The notes under the pieces are model-generated. The model had not been told where the DNA came from, ran no database searches, and saw only the letters and a program-made list of their open reading frames with translations. A stretch of DNA of 64,000 nucleotides from Bacteroidota bacterium (GTDB lineage: Bacteria > Bacteroidota > Bacteroidia > Chitinophagales > Saprospiraceae): the NCBI GenBank assembly GCA_009908745.1, contig JAAAOU010000364.1, positions 309-64,308 of the forward strand, given 5' to 3'. The translations under genes were made by a program, and so were the position numbers. Positions 19,032 through 29,223 of the stretch are shown here, piece by piece (the stretch's first letter is position 1; each line of letters begins with the position of its first letter).

Positions 19032-19958
19032 TTAGGGTACGATTATTCGCCACGCTTGGGGGGCTAGCTCGAAAGAGGCAGGTGTTTGCCCCAAAAATTC
19101 GCCATCTGCCTCGACTAGGGTGGGCAAAGCGCCCGGTGCTGCTCGCACGCTAGCCCTTTTGGCAAATAAGGTCTTGACACGCGGGTGGTCGCCGATCGTC
19201 GCATTATAAAACCGGTAGGTATTGAGCATGACGCCCAACCGGCTGATGTTCCCCGCCAGCGTCACTGCAAACTCGCCGGCGGTAGGGTCGGCGTGGGGCA
19301 CAAGCTGCATGCCGCCGCCCGAGTAGCGGCCCAAGCCAAAGTTGATGGTGTAAAAAAAGTCTTGGTACTGCTGCCCGTTGATTTGCACGATAGCCTCCCG
19401 GAGGTCGTACTCAAAGAGGCATTGGGTGACTAGGCTCAGGTACCCGAGCTTCCCGCTTACGCCCCCGCGTTCTGCCGCGCGTTTGACGAGGTAGCCGTCG
19501 TAGGCTAAGCCCGCCACGTTGACGAAGAACCTTTCTCGTTCTTTTCCGGCCTGCGAATAAGTAATTTTCCCTACGTCCTGCAAGATGGTTTTGCCCGCGG
19601 CAATGTGCTGTAGGGCGGTAGGCACGTCCTTGGGCCAGCCGTAGGTTTTTATCCAGTCATTGCCTGTCCCCCAGGGCAAAAGCGCCTGTGTGACCGCCGT
19701 GCTAGGGACATGTTGCTGTCGCAAAATGCCATTCGCCACCTCGTGGTTGGTGCCGTCGCCGCCCACGGCCAGAATATGCCGGAACCCTTGCAACACCGCC
19801 TGCTGGACCGCCTCGGTGGCGTGCCCCTTTTGCCGGGTGAGTACAAATTCGCCCACTGGCAATTGCTGTGCGATCTGCCGCTGCAGCGCCGGCCAGCGCC
19901 GGGTAAATTGCCCGTTGCCAGCGGCAGGGTTGGCGATGACGTACCAGGATCGGTTCAT
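19032..19958 (-). CDS. Diacylglycerol/lipid kinase family protein (YegS/BmrU-like)
   Basis: IANPAAGNG, AVGGDGTNHEVANG, LPWGTGND, FVNVAG, EADGE. Confidence 0.93.
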   Translation of the reverse strand: MNRSWYVIANPAAGNGQFTRRWPALQRQIAQQLPVGEFVLTRQKGHATEAVQQAVLQGFRHILAVGGDGTNHEVANGILRQQHVPSTAVTQALLPWGTGNDWIKTYGWPKDVPTALQHIAAGKTILQDVGKITYSQAGKERERFFVNVAGLAYDGYLVKRAAERGGVSGKLGYLSLVTQCLFEYDLREAIVQINGQQYQDFFYTINFGLGRYSGGGMQLVPHADPTAGEFAVTLAGNISRLGVMLNTYRFYNATIGDHPRVKTLFAKRASVRAAPGALPTLVEADGEFLGQTPASFELAPQAWRIIVP

Positions 19959-20072
19959 GCTGTGGTAGTTTGGCAGGTGGTTTTGATCTAAGTTCTGTGC
20001 CTTCCGGTCTTAAAAGTTATTCAATGTAAAGAATTGGCTTTAATTTTAGCCTAAAATAACAAAATTACACGC

Positions 20073-20972
20073 GTGGCAACACCCATTCTAGACCTCCGTA
20101 ATATCGTAAAAGCCTACGAGAAGCAAATCGCTGTCAACCGTGTCAGTTTTGAGGTGCCACGGGGCAGCATCTTCGGCCTGCTGGGGCCAAATGGTGCCGG
20201 CAAGACCTCGCTGATTCGCATTATCACCACCATCACCAGAGCGGACGAAGGGGAGGTTTTCCTCGACGGCGAAAAGCTCAACAGCCGCCACCCGGAACAG
20301 ATCGGCTATATGCCGGAAGAAAGAGGGCTCTACCGCAAGATGAAAGTAGGGGCGCACCTCACTTACCTAGCCCGCCTCAAAGGCCTGTCCGCCCGTGAGG
20401 CTAAAGACAAAATCAGTGCTTGGTTTGAGAAATTCGGCATAGAAGACTGGTGGGAAAAAAAGGTGGAAGAGCTTTCTAAAGGGATGCAGCAGAAAATCCA
20501 ATTTATTGCTACTGTCGTCCACGAACCCAAGTTGTTGATCCTCGACGAGCCTTTCTCCGGCCTTGACCCGGTCAATACCAACCTCATCAAATCTGAGATA
20601 CACGAACTCCGCGACAAAGGGGTAAGTATCATCTTTTCTACCCACCGCATGGAGCAGGTGGAGGAAATTTGCGAGCATATTGTGCTGATCAACCAAGGGG
20701 AGAATGTGTTGGAAGGGCGGATGGCTGCCGTGAAGGACAAGTTCAAGGAAAACTTGTTCCAAGTTGACTACAAGGGGGCGTTGCCGACGGACTTGCTGGC
20801 GCCGGTCAGCGTGATTGAGCAGCAACCCGAGCGCGTCGTCATTCAAGTACAGGACGAAAGCGACTCCAACGCTTTCCTGCAACAGCTGCTCAACCGGGGC
20901 GTGCAAGTGACCGCTTTCAACGAAATACTGCCTACGCTGAACGACATCTTCATCCGTCAGGTCAGCAACTAA
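20073..20972 (+). CDS. ABC-2 exporter ATP-binding protein (NatA-like)
   Basis: GPNGAGKT, GYMPEERGLY, LSKGMQQK, LILDEPFSGLDP, STH. Confidence 0.95.
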   Translation: MATPILDLRNIVKAYEKQIAVNRVSFEVPRGSIFGLLGPNGAGKTSLIRIITTITRADEGEVFLDGEKLNSRHPEQIGYMPEERGLYRKMKVGAHLTYLARLKGLSAREAKDKISAWFEKFGIEDWWEKKVEELSKGMQQKIQFIATVVHEPKLLILDEPFSGLDPVNTNLIKSEIHELRDKGVSIIFSTHRMEQVEEICEHIVLINQGENVLEGRMAAVKDKFKENLFQVDYKGALPTDLLAPVSVIEQQPERVVIQVQDESDSNAFLQQLLNRGVQVTAFNEILPTLNDIFIRQVSN

Positions 20973-20997
20973 TCACCGAAAAAGACAATGCCGCATC

Positions 20998-22317
20998 ATG
21001 GATAAACTTTGGCTCATCATCAAACGCGAATACCTCACCCGGGTGACCCGCCGCTCCTTTATTTTGGCGACCTTGCTCACCCCGCTTGGTTTTGCTGTTT
21101 TCTTTGTGGTTGTCGGCCTTATTTTCCAATACGAAAGTGACGAAGCCAGGAAAATAGCCATCATCGACGAGGGCGGTATCTTCGGCAATACGATAAAGGA
21201 CGAAGAAAACCTGTATTTCAAATTTGAGGACCGCAGCTTGGAAAGCTTACGCCAGCAATTTGACGAACTAGAGTATGATGGCGTGCTTGTCGTACCAGCA
21301 ATTAAAGACCTACTGTCACAAGAGCATACCATATACTACTATGCGAAAAAGCAACCTACGCTCGATATCGAGTCGCTGATCCGCTCCCGGGTGAGTGAAC
21401 AGCTGCGGGATTACAAAATAGAAGCCTTGGAGCTCGACCCCAAGCAATTGCAGGCGCTGGATACCGACATAGAGCTGGAGCCCGAGCCTATAGACGACGA
21501 GAGTGAAGATGCTACCAAACTGACCGGCGCTATTGCGGCAGGCATTGGGGGGATCATGGGCGTAGTGATGTACATCGTGGTGTTCATTTACGGTATGATG
21601 GTCATGCGTTCGGTGATGGAAGAAAAAACCAACCGCATAGTGGAAGTCATGATTTCCTCGGTACGCCCTTTCCAGCTGATGCTGGGCAAGATCGTGGGCG
21701 TAGGGGCGGTAGGCCTGACGCAAGTTGCCATCTGGGCGATACTCATTCCATTGGTTGTCTTTATTTCTACTTTGGTCTTTGGCATCGACTCCAATACCCA
21801 AATGGAGATGGCACAGGAGCAACCGGGCGGTATGAACCCGGAAGATACGCAGGCGATGGTAGCGATGGCGCTGGAGGAGTTCAAGAACCAAAACTGGTGG
21901 CTGATTTTGCCGCTGTTCATCTTCTACTTCTTGGGGGGTTACTTTTTGTACGCTTCCCTTTTCGCTGCGGTGGGCTCCGCTATGGGCGACGACTTGGGAG
22001 AGGGGCAGTCGTTGACTATTCCCATCACCATACCCGTCATCATCGCTTTTTACATCATGATCGTGGCTATTGAGGCGCCCAACTCTAGCTTGGCGGTTTG
22101 GTCGTCGATTTTCCCTCTTTTTGCCCCCATTGTGATGCCCGCCCGGCTGGCTTTTTCCCCGCCCGTTTGGGAAGTCTTGCTGTCGGTGGTGCTGGTGGCT
22201 GCTACCTCCGTCTTTTTCGTCTGGCTGTCCGGGCGCATCTACCGGGTAGGCATACTGCTGTACGGCAAAAAGATCACGCTTAAGGAACTGGGGAAATGGA
22301 TGTTTTACAGCGATTGA
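20998..22317 (+). CDS. ABC-2 exporter permease (NatB-like)
   Basis: IIKREYLTRV, VMEEKTNRIVEVMISSV, GKIVG, Y..YASLFAAVGS; multiple transmembrane helices. Confidence 0.92.
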   Translation: MDKLWLIIKREYLTRVTRRSFILATLLTPLGFAVFFVVVGLIFQYESDEARKIAIIDEGGIFGNTIKDEENLYFKFEDRSLESLRQQFDELEYDGVLVVPAIKDLLSQEHTIYYYAKKQPTLDIESLIRSRVSEQLRDYKIEALELDPKQLQALDTDIELEPEPIDDESEDATKLTGAIAAGIGGIMGVVMYIVVFIYGMMVMRSVMEEKTNRIVEVMISSVRPFQLMLGKIVGVGAVGLTQVAIWAILIPLVVFISTLVFGIDSNTQMEMAQEQPGGMNPEDTQAMVAMALEEFKNQNWWLILPLFIFYFLGGYFLYASLFAAVGSAMGDDLGEGQSLTIPITIPVIIAFYIMIVAIEAPNSSLAVWSSIFPLFAPIVMPARLAFSPPVWEVLLSVVLVAATSVFFVWLSGRIYRVGILLYGKKITLKELGKWMFYSD

Positions 22318-22444
22318 TCCTAAGGTGGATGCAGAAGTAGCGGGTATATTCGCCTGCCCGACAAGATATAGTCCCCGATTTTTAAAAAACGATGGCTAGG
22401 CAATATTAACTTAGCGCCTCTGTTGTTTTTTATAAATATCCACG

Positions 22445-24787
22445 GTGATGCGAAAAACGATACTCTCTTGCTTGTTCTTCCTCGTTGCTCTGGGCGGCAG
22501 TTTTGCTCAAAACCCTTTACCCATTGGCCAATGGCGGGGGCATTTGCCCTATCGACTCGGGCAATATGTCACCCAAAGCGCAGATAAAGTCTTTTTTTCC
22601 ACGGAATCCGCCATTTTAGAAGTTGACAAGGAAGACTTTTCGGCACAGCGGCTTTCCAAAGTAGACGGGCTTAGCAATATCGGCATTGAGCTCATCCGCT
22701 ACAATCCGTTCAGCGATATCCTCGTCATCATTTATCAGAATGGCGTGATAGATTTGGTGGGGGAAGACGGCGGGATCACCACCATGAATCAAATCCGCAA
22801 CTTCGACAATTTTGCGGGGGAGAAACGGATCAACGACATCCATATTGCCAATGACTCTATGATTTACTTGGGCGCTACCTACGGCGTTTCCAAGATCAAC
22901 CTCTTCGCTCGGGAGTTCGTCTTCACCACCTTTACGGGCATATCCGTCAATACCGTTTACGAATACGACGAGCAACTCTACGCCGCTACAGCGGAAGGCA
23001 TCTATCAGATTGATGTCGATAATGTCAACCCTGACGACTTTGGGAACTGGAAGCTGCTCGGGCCAGAGGAGGGGCTGCCGGCGGATTACAGCGCGCGCGG
23101 CATCGCGGCTTTCGACGGGGCGCTGTACTTGGGCATAGACGAGGTTGCCTACCGGTATGAGGATGAGAATTTGACACTCTTCTACGAAGAACCCGGCTCT
23201 ACGCTGCGCTTCATTTACAGCAACGAAGGGACGCTGCTCGCGGGCTTCCGGCCCGGCCGCATTACTTACCTGACAGCGGACGGGCAGACAGGAGACTTGC
23301 CTTTCAATTGCATCTTCACGCCCAACAACGCTATCGTGGACGAGCGGGGCCGGCTGTGGTACGGCAACGAAGCGGTACGTACGGATTTCCGTTACCAGAA
23401 TGGCCTGGGGCAAGGATTCTGCGAGAGCCTGGCATTCAACTCCCCCTGGTCGACCGCCGTGTGGGATATGTCCGTAGCCAACGGGGAGTTGTGGATGGCG
23501 TCCGGTGGCTTGAGCCAGACGTTCAATCCGCAGTTCTTGTCCGATGGGTTTGCTTCCCTCATTGATGGGCAGTGGGCCATTTACAATTTGGAAACTACCC
23601 CGGCGCTCACCAACGACCCGGATAGTCAGATTGACGATGTGCAGGTGTTTGTTTCCTCAGCGATCCACCCCGGTAATGGGAAAGTGTACATGGGCAGCTA
23701 CCTGGAAGGCTTGATTGAGCTGGACCCCGCTACGGATGAGATTACGCAGTACCATTTGGATAATTCTACTTTGCAGATTGCTACAGGCGACTCCCGGGTG
23801 CGGGTAGGCGGTTTGGCTTTCGACGAGGAATTCAATCTTTGGGTAGCCAACAATTCCGCACCCCGGCCGCTGTCCGTCCTGCAGCCCGGCGGGGAGTGGA
23901 AGAGCTTTGCGCTGGCCGGTTGCGGCGACAATGCGATTCAAGATATCGCTGTAGACGGCAACGGTTTTAAGTGGATGCGTTCCTTGAGTGCCAGCAACGG
24001 CCTACTCGTTTTTGACGAAGGCGACATCGCGGATGATACCGACAACCGCTGCCGGGCGTTCAACAGCAACAATAGCGAGCTGCCCACTAACGACGTGAAT
24101 TGTGTCACGGCCGATTTGGACGGCGATATTTGGGTAGGCACTAATGCTGGTGTAGTGATCTTTGAGTGTGGAGGCAGCGCCTTTGAGCCGGTTTGCCAAG
24201 GTACCCGCCGCATTGTGGAGCAGGATGGCTTTGGCGCTTTTTTGCTGGAAACCGAGAATGTTACCACCATTGCCGTAGATGGTGCTAACCGCAAATGGGT
24301 GGGTACGCAGAATGGCGTGTTCCTGCTGTCGCCGAGTGGGGAAGAGCAAATTGACCGCTTCACGGTGGACAACAGCCCGTTGTTTGACAATAACATCATC
24401 GATATTGCGGTAGACCAGCAGACTGGGGAAGTGTTTATCGGTACTGCGGAAGGGTTGATTTCTTATCAGGGAGACGCGGTTGCCGGCGGCCGTACACATC
24501 AATCTGATATTCAGGTATACCCCAATCCGGTGCGCGAAAATTACGAAGGGCCGATCGCAATAAAAGGGCTTGCGCGGGATGCGATTGTAAAGATCACCGA
24601 CTTGAGTGGAAAGCTGGTCTTTGAAACCCAAGCGCTAGGCGGGCAAGCCATCTGGAACGCCCGCGATTACAATGGCAGGCGGGTTCAAACGGGCGTGTAC
24701 CTTGTATTCTCCAGTACCAATTCCAGCTTTACGAGCTTCAATGCGCAGCCGGATGCGGCGGTGACCAAAATAATGGTGATTAATTAA
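22445..24787 (+). CDS. porZ: Type IX secretion system component PorZ (beta-propellers + CTD)
   Basis: PIGQWRGHLPY N-terminus, WVGT..G / IAVDGANRKW propeller repeats, VYPNPVR...IKGL...VKITD..GKLVFET...WN.RD..GRRV.TGVYLV. Confidence 0.88.
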   Translation: MMRKTILSCLFFLVALGGSFAQNPLPIGQWRGHLPYRLGQYVTQSADKVFFSTESAILEVDKEDFSAQRLSKVDGLSNIGIELIRYNPFSDILVIIYQNGVIDLVGEDGGITTMNQIRNFDNFAGEKRINDIHIANDSMIYLGATYGVSKINLFAREFVFTTFTGISVNTVYEYDEQLYAATAEGIYQIDVDNVNPDDFGNWKLLGPEEGLPADYSARGIAAFDGALYLGIDEVAYRYEDENLTLFYEEPGSTLRFIYSNEGTLLAGFRPGRITYLTADGQTGDLPFNCIFTPNNAIVDERGRLWYGNEAVRTDFRYQNGLGQGFCESLAFNSPWSTAVWDMSVANGELWMASGGLSQTFNPQFLSDGFASLIDGQWAIYNLETTPALTNDPDSQIDDVQVFVSSAIHPGNGKVYMGSYLEGLIELDPATDEITQYHLDNSTLQIATGDSRVRVGGLAFDEEFNLWVANNSAPRPLSVLQPGGEWKSFALAGCGDNAIQDIAVDGNGFKWMRSLSASNGLLVFDEGDIADDTDNRCRAFNSNNSELPTNDVNCVTADLDGDIWVGTNAGVVIFECGGSAFEPVCQGTRRIVEQDGFGAFLLETENVTTIAVDGANRKWVGTQNGVFLLSPSGEEQIDRFTVDNSPLFDNNIIDIAVDQQTGEVFIGTAEGLISYQGDAVAGGRTHQSDIQVYPNPVRENYEGPIAIKGLARDAIVKITDLSGKLVFETQALGGQAIWNARDYNGRRVQTGVYLVFSSTNSSFTSFNAQPDAAVTKIMVIN

Positions 24788-25920
24788 GAGTATACGGCAG
24801 TTTTGACAACCTCCTCGTAGTACTGCTCATACTGCGGCAGTATCTTGTCGATGTCGAAGCGGCGGGCTTGCTCCAGGGCGTTTTTCCGAAATTGTTTCAG
24901 CTTGCCCTCGTCTTTTAGTATGCTGATAGCGTTAGCAGCCATATCCTCTACGTCGCCAACTTCGCTGAGGTAGCCGGTCTCGCCGTGAATATTGACTTCG
25001 GGTAGCCCGCCTATGTTGGAGGAAATGACAGGCACCTCGCAGGCCATAGCTTCTAGGGCAGCCAAGCCAAAGCTCTCGCTTCCGGACGGCATGATGAACA
25101 AATCAGAAATAGCTAGGAGTTCTTCCACAGCATCTTGTTTGCCGAGGAAACGGGTCTCGTGGCAAAGCTTCATTTCGCGGCAGCGTTCTTCCAAGTTGTG
25201 GCGCTCGGGACCGTCGCCTATGAGCAGGAGTTTGGAAGGCATTTCATCGTACACCCTTTTGAAGACTTGCAGTACATCCTCTACCCGCTTGACTTTACGA
25301 AAGTTGGAAACATGAACGAGTATGCGCTCGCCTTCGGGGGCGATTGCTTTTTTGAAATGGTCTTTGTTGCTGCGGCGAAAGCGGTCGAAATCAATGAAAT
25401 TGTTGATGACCCGGATGTCGTTGTGGACATCAAAGTACTCGTAGGTTTGCTGCTTGAGGCTTTCCGAGACGGCGGTCACACCATCTGACTTATTGATGGA
25501 GAAAGCGACGACCGGCGCAAAGGAATTGTCATTACCTACAAGCGTGATATCAGTGCCGTGCAGGGTGGTGACAACGGGGATGTACTTGCCTTGCGTAAGC
25601 AGTATCTTCTTCGCCATGTAAGCGACAGCAGCGTGCGGGATAGCGTAGTGGACGTGCAGTAAGTCTAGGTCTTCAAACTTGACCACGTCTACCAGCTTGC
25701 TGGCCAGGGAGGTGTCGTAGGGCGTGTACTCGAAGAGCGGGTAATCTTGCGTAGAGACCTCGTGGAAGACGACATTTTCATGAAAAGCGGACAGCCGGGC
25801 TGGTCTTTTGTAGGTGATAAAATGTACTTCGTGCCCACGCTTGGCCAGCCCAAGCCCGAGTTCTGTGGCGACAACTCCGCTGCCGCCGTATGTCGGGTAA
25901 CAAACAATACCTATTTTCAT
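24784..25920 (-). CDS. bshA: N-acetyl-alpha-D-glucosaminyl L-malate synthase BshA (GT4)
   Basis: MKIGIVCYPTYGGSGVVATELG, HVHYAIPHA, TTLHGTDITLVG, SNFRKVKR, ESFGLAALEAMAC. Confidence 0.95.
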   Translation of the reverse strand: MKIGIVCYPTYGGSGVVATELGLGLAKRGHEVHFITYKRPARLSAFHENVVFHEVSTQDYPLFEYTPYDTSLASKLVDVVKFEDLDLLHVHYAIPHAAVAYMAKKILLTQGKYIPVVTTLHGTDITLVGNDNSFAPVVAFSINKSDGVTAVSESLKQQTYEYFDVHNDIRVINNFIDFDRFRRSNKDHFKKAIAPEGERILVHVSNFRKVKRVEDVLQVFKRVYDEMPSKLLLIGDGPERHNLEERCREMKLCHETRFLGKQDAVEELLAISDLFIMPSGSESFGLAALEAMACEVPVISSNIGGLPEVNIHGETGYLSEVGDVEDMAANAISILKDEGKLKQFRKNALEQARRFDIDKILPQYEQYYEEVVKTAVYS

Positions 25921-26045
25921 GTCGTATTACGGATTAGCCCCTTTCTGCGGGCAGCGTACTGCTGTTTTTGGATTCACGGAAAGGGGTAAACTTGATACGT
26001 TTAGCAGGGCAAATAGTTTACTAAGGGAAGATGGAGGCTAGCGCC

Positions 26046-26086
26046 AAAAAAAACGGAGCGGCTTCCAGTCGCAGGAAGCCGCTCCG
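26046..26086 (-). terminator. Intrinsic terminator of the T9SS cargo gene
   Basis: Perfect 13-bp stem cggagcggcttcc/ggaagccgctccg with a 7-nt loop; A8 tract at 26046-26053. Confidence 0.88.
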
Positions 26087-26109
26087 CCAGAGGACAGGCG
26101 CAACCGCCA

Positions 26110-28953
26110 TTACTGCCCGGCTTTGATCAATTTTACGGTACGGGCTTGCCCGCCGGCAATGACCCGGACGAAATACAGGCCGCTGTCATACCGGCTCAGG
26201 TCCAGTGTGTAGTTGCTGTTTCGTACCTGTCGATCGCGGATCTCGTACAGCAGTTGGCCTACGGTATTGAGTACCTGTATGCGGGCATCCATAGGTTGCA
26301 GGAAGTTTACTTCGAGTTGTGTCTGATCGGAAGTCGGGTTAGGCGCCAGGGTGATGGTGCCAATTTGGGGGATGGCTTCGGCAGTGTTGGTCACGCCTAC
26401 GCCTACATCCAAGATATCTACGCAGCCCAGGGCATCGGTTACCGTTACTTCGTAGTTGCCGGCTGAGAGGCTATCTAGCACAGCACCGGTGGCACCCGTG
26501 CTCCAGCTGTACTCGAAGGGCCCTACGCCGCCCGTGGGTACTACAGCGATGCGGCCGTCCATAACGTCTTGGCCGCTTGCGTCTACTACTTCGGCCAAGA
26601 GGTCTAGGCTGCTGCAACGGCGAATGTTGATGTTGTCGATATCTAAGAAGTAATCTCCAGCAGCCCACAAGGCGCGCATGCGTAGCCGCAGGAAGTTGCC
26701 GGCGTACTCATCAAGTGGAATGGCAACCTCCGTAAGCGTAGCGCTGGGCAAGTGGTTTTCGCCGGTAATCACCCGTACGGCCTCGTAGTTAGCCCCACAA
26801 TCTGTAGATAGCTCCACGATCAAGGAGTCCTCGGGAGTCAAGATGGTCGGGACGGTGCCTTCGGAAAAATCCACGTAGCGGTAATCGAAGCGCAGGGTGT
26901 CCCCCTCCATGATGGGGCCGAACTGAGCAGTTTCTACAGATACAGCGCTGTTAGCCGACCACAGGTTGGCGAAGAGCACGAAACTGGCATTATTGTGCCC
27001 GTTGCCTACCGTTACGCTGCCCGTGGTAGTCCAGTCTTCCGGGATTTGCGTGGACTCAAAGTTCTCTAAAAACGGCAACTCGCCTACTGTGTTGTTCAGC
27101 GTGACGGTAACGGTGTCATTGCCGCCATACACATCGGTGGCCCAGTTGGTCCAGGCTTCCACAACATATACGCCGGGTGTGAAGCTGTCGAAGGTCTGTT
27201 CAAAAGTATACGTTTCCACATCTCCCGCCAGTAATAGGGTGCTTTCCAGCATTTCGGTGACCACCGGCCCGTTGTTGACGCTGTAATTGACTTCGGGGCT
27301 TACGATCAGGTTGTTGCCGGTATTGGCCACTTCGAGGGTGACTTCCTGTGTGCTGTCGCCGCAGATGCCGAGCGTAACGCCGGGCAGAGCAACGGCCGCC
27401 AGATCGTCTTCTGGCTCTGTGCCGATGTAAATGTTGTCGATGGCGGCACCTTCCTCTTCGGTAACGATGTCGGCATTCAAGACAAAGCGCAGGCGTACAT
27501 TAGGTTCGCCGGCCAGGCCGCTCAATTCATTAGAGACAAAGTGCCAGCCTGCTACACCGCCGTTGCCGTCCCACCAATCGTTGAAGGAGTCGTTGTACCA
27601 ATTCAAACCGTCTCCCTGTTCGCCCACTTTGGCCCAAGTCTCGCCATCATCGGTGGATGCTTCCAGCCACAGCTCATCACAGCACGCTTCGGTGTTGAGG
27701 TTGAGGTAAAAGCTGATGATGGGGTCTTCGGTAAAGCTGCTGAAGTCAAAGCAGGGGGAAGCCAAGAAAGAGCGTTCATTCGTAGCGTACGGCCCGTCTG
27801 CGTTGGTCACCCAAGCGTTGTTGCCGCTGATGGTACCGCTCACGACATCACCCTGCGGCCGGCCGTATTCCCAGCTACTGCCGGCATCGCCTTCCGCTTC
27901 TGTATACCAGATACCGTCATCGGCTTCAAAATCTTGCGTGTAGGGGTAATCGGTAATAACCGGCAGATTGACAAGCAGCAGCTCGGTGGTGTCATTGGAG
28001 CGGTCGCTGTCTTCCTCTAGGTCCGTCCACACTTCGAACAAATACTTGCCAGGCTCTGAGGTGTCGAAAGAGGCATCAAAAGTGGCGATATCCGTACTGT
28101 CGGTGCCCAGCACGCCGGTATAGACGCCATCGGTAGGCATGCTTACGCCGCCGGGTAAGCTATTCACACTAAAGTTGAACGGGATCAGCGTCTGCGGTGT
28201 ACCGCCAAAGTTGGTAATGTTTAGGACAATACTGTCGGATACGCCAAGCTCGCAGCCGGTGATAGGCGAAGTGACGGCACTGACGCCCACATCGTTAGCA
28301 AACAGCGTCATGAAAGGGAAAGGGCCGATGAACGCGCTAGTGTCTCCTTCTTCGCAGATGGCGGCCAGATAGAGGTCATAAGCGGTATTTTCCATCAGGC
28401 CCGTAAGGGTGGTGGCCGCTCCGTTTGCCGTCCTGAAATCACCATCGCCGGGCATAAAGCCGCTTTCTCCGTATTGCAGCAGGGTGCTTCCTTCCAAGTC
28501 AGCAGGTATCCAAGAGACATCCACCTGAAAAGCCCGGATGTCGGTAATGTCCACCGAAGCATCATCAATGATCGCGCAATCGGGGCAAACAGCGGTAGTA
28601 CTGTAGACTTCGCCCAATTCGGGGGCCCCGATGATCCCATCCTCAAAAAGGAGGAAGCCGTTGGGGTCTAACAGGGCATAGCTCACCTCAGCGGCGAAAA
28701 CCCCGGCATTGAACGTTACCGTGATTTCGTCGCCTTCTACTACCGGTATATCGAAGGTCGCGTTTATCTCAGAACCGGCGAGGGTGTAGTCAGTAGCAGC
28801 ACCATCTACGCTGACGGTCACGCTGCTTCCCGTCCAGCTTCCAATGAAAGCGCCATTCAAGTTGAGGGTGTAGGCGCAAGTATCCTGAGCGCTCGCAGCG
28901 GTGGCGAAGAGCAGGGTGAACAGTAGGGTGAAAAGGGTAAAACTCCGCTTCAT
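26110..28953 (-). CDS. Large acidic T9SS-secreted multidomain protein (FN3, CARDB-like, MAM/jelly-roll-like, SprB repeat, T9SS CTD); probable adhesin
   Basis: Signal peptide; TGLMENTAYDLYLAAIC (FN3); YTQDFE...WEYG...LASPCFDFS; YSWSTG...LSAGNYEVTVTD; LAPNPTS...GLYFVRV. Confidence 0.85.
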   Translation of the reverse strand: MKRSFTLFTLLFTLLFATAASAQDTCAYTLNLNGAFIGSWTGSSVTVSVDGAATDYTLAGSEINATFDIPVVEGDEITVTFNAGVFAAEVSYALLDPNGFLLFEDGIIGAPELGEVYSTTAVCPDCAIIDDASVDITDIRAFQVDVSWIPADLEGSTLLQYGESGFMPGDGDFRTANGAATTLTGLMENTAYDLYLAAICEEGDTSAFIGPFPFMTLFANDVGVSAVTSPITGCELGVSDSIVLNITNFGGTPQTLIPFNFSVNSLPGGVSMPTDGVYTGVLGTDSTDIATFDASFDTSEPGKYLFEVWTDLEEDSDRSNDTTELLLVNLPVITDYPYTQDFEADDGIWYTEAEGDAGSSWEYGRPQGDVVSGTISGNNAWVTNADGPYATNERSFLASPCFDFSSFTEDPIISFYLNLNTEACCDELWLEASTDDGETWAKVGEQGDGLNWYNDSFNDWWDGNGGVAGWHFVSNELSGLAGEPNVRLRFVLNADIVTEEEGAAIDNIYIGTEPEDDLAAVALPGVTLGICGDSTQEVTLEVANTGNNLIVSPEVNYSVNNGPVVTEMLESTLLLAGDVETYTFEQTFDSFTPGVYVVEAWTNWATDVYGGNDTVTVTLNNTVGELPFLENFESTQIPEDWTTTGSVTVGNGHNNASFVLFANLWSANSAVSVETAQFGPIMEGDTLRFDYRYVDFSEGTVPTILTPEDSLIVELSTDCGANYEAVRVITGENHLPSATLTEVAIPLDEYAGNFLRLRMRALWAAGDYFLDIDNINIRRCSSLDLLAEVVDASGQDVMDGRIAVVPTGGVGPFEYSWSTGATGAVLDSLSAGNYEVTVTDALGCVDILDVGVGVTNTAEAIPQIGTITLAPNPTSDQTQLEVNFLQPMDARIQVLNTVGQLLYEIRDRQVRNSNYTLDLSRYDSGLYFVRVIAGGQARTVKLIKAGQ

Positions 28954-29223
28954 AGTTGCATTTTTTGTATAAGTAGGACGGCTGTTTTGTGATAGAGCTA
29001 AAATTAAAGAAAAAATTGAGAACCCAAGGAGCTTTATATTTGTGCATGCATTTTAGGTAGCATGGCTGACTATTTTTAATCACACGCTCTGTAAATATAG
29101 GGCCGGCAACAATTATATTTAAACATTTTCACGCTTTCTCTGTTAGCTCAATGTTCATATCAACAATTGACCAACCTATTTTGCTGATACGCCCTAAGTG
29201 ATTGATTTAAAACGCATTGCAAA

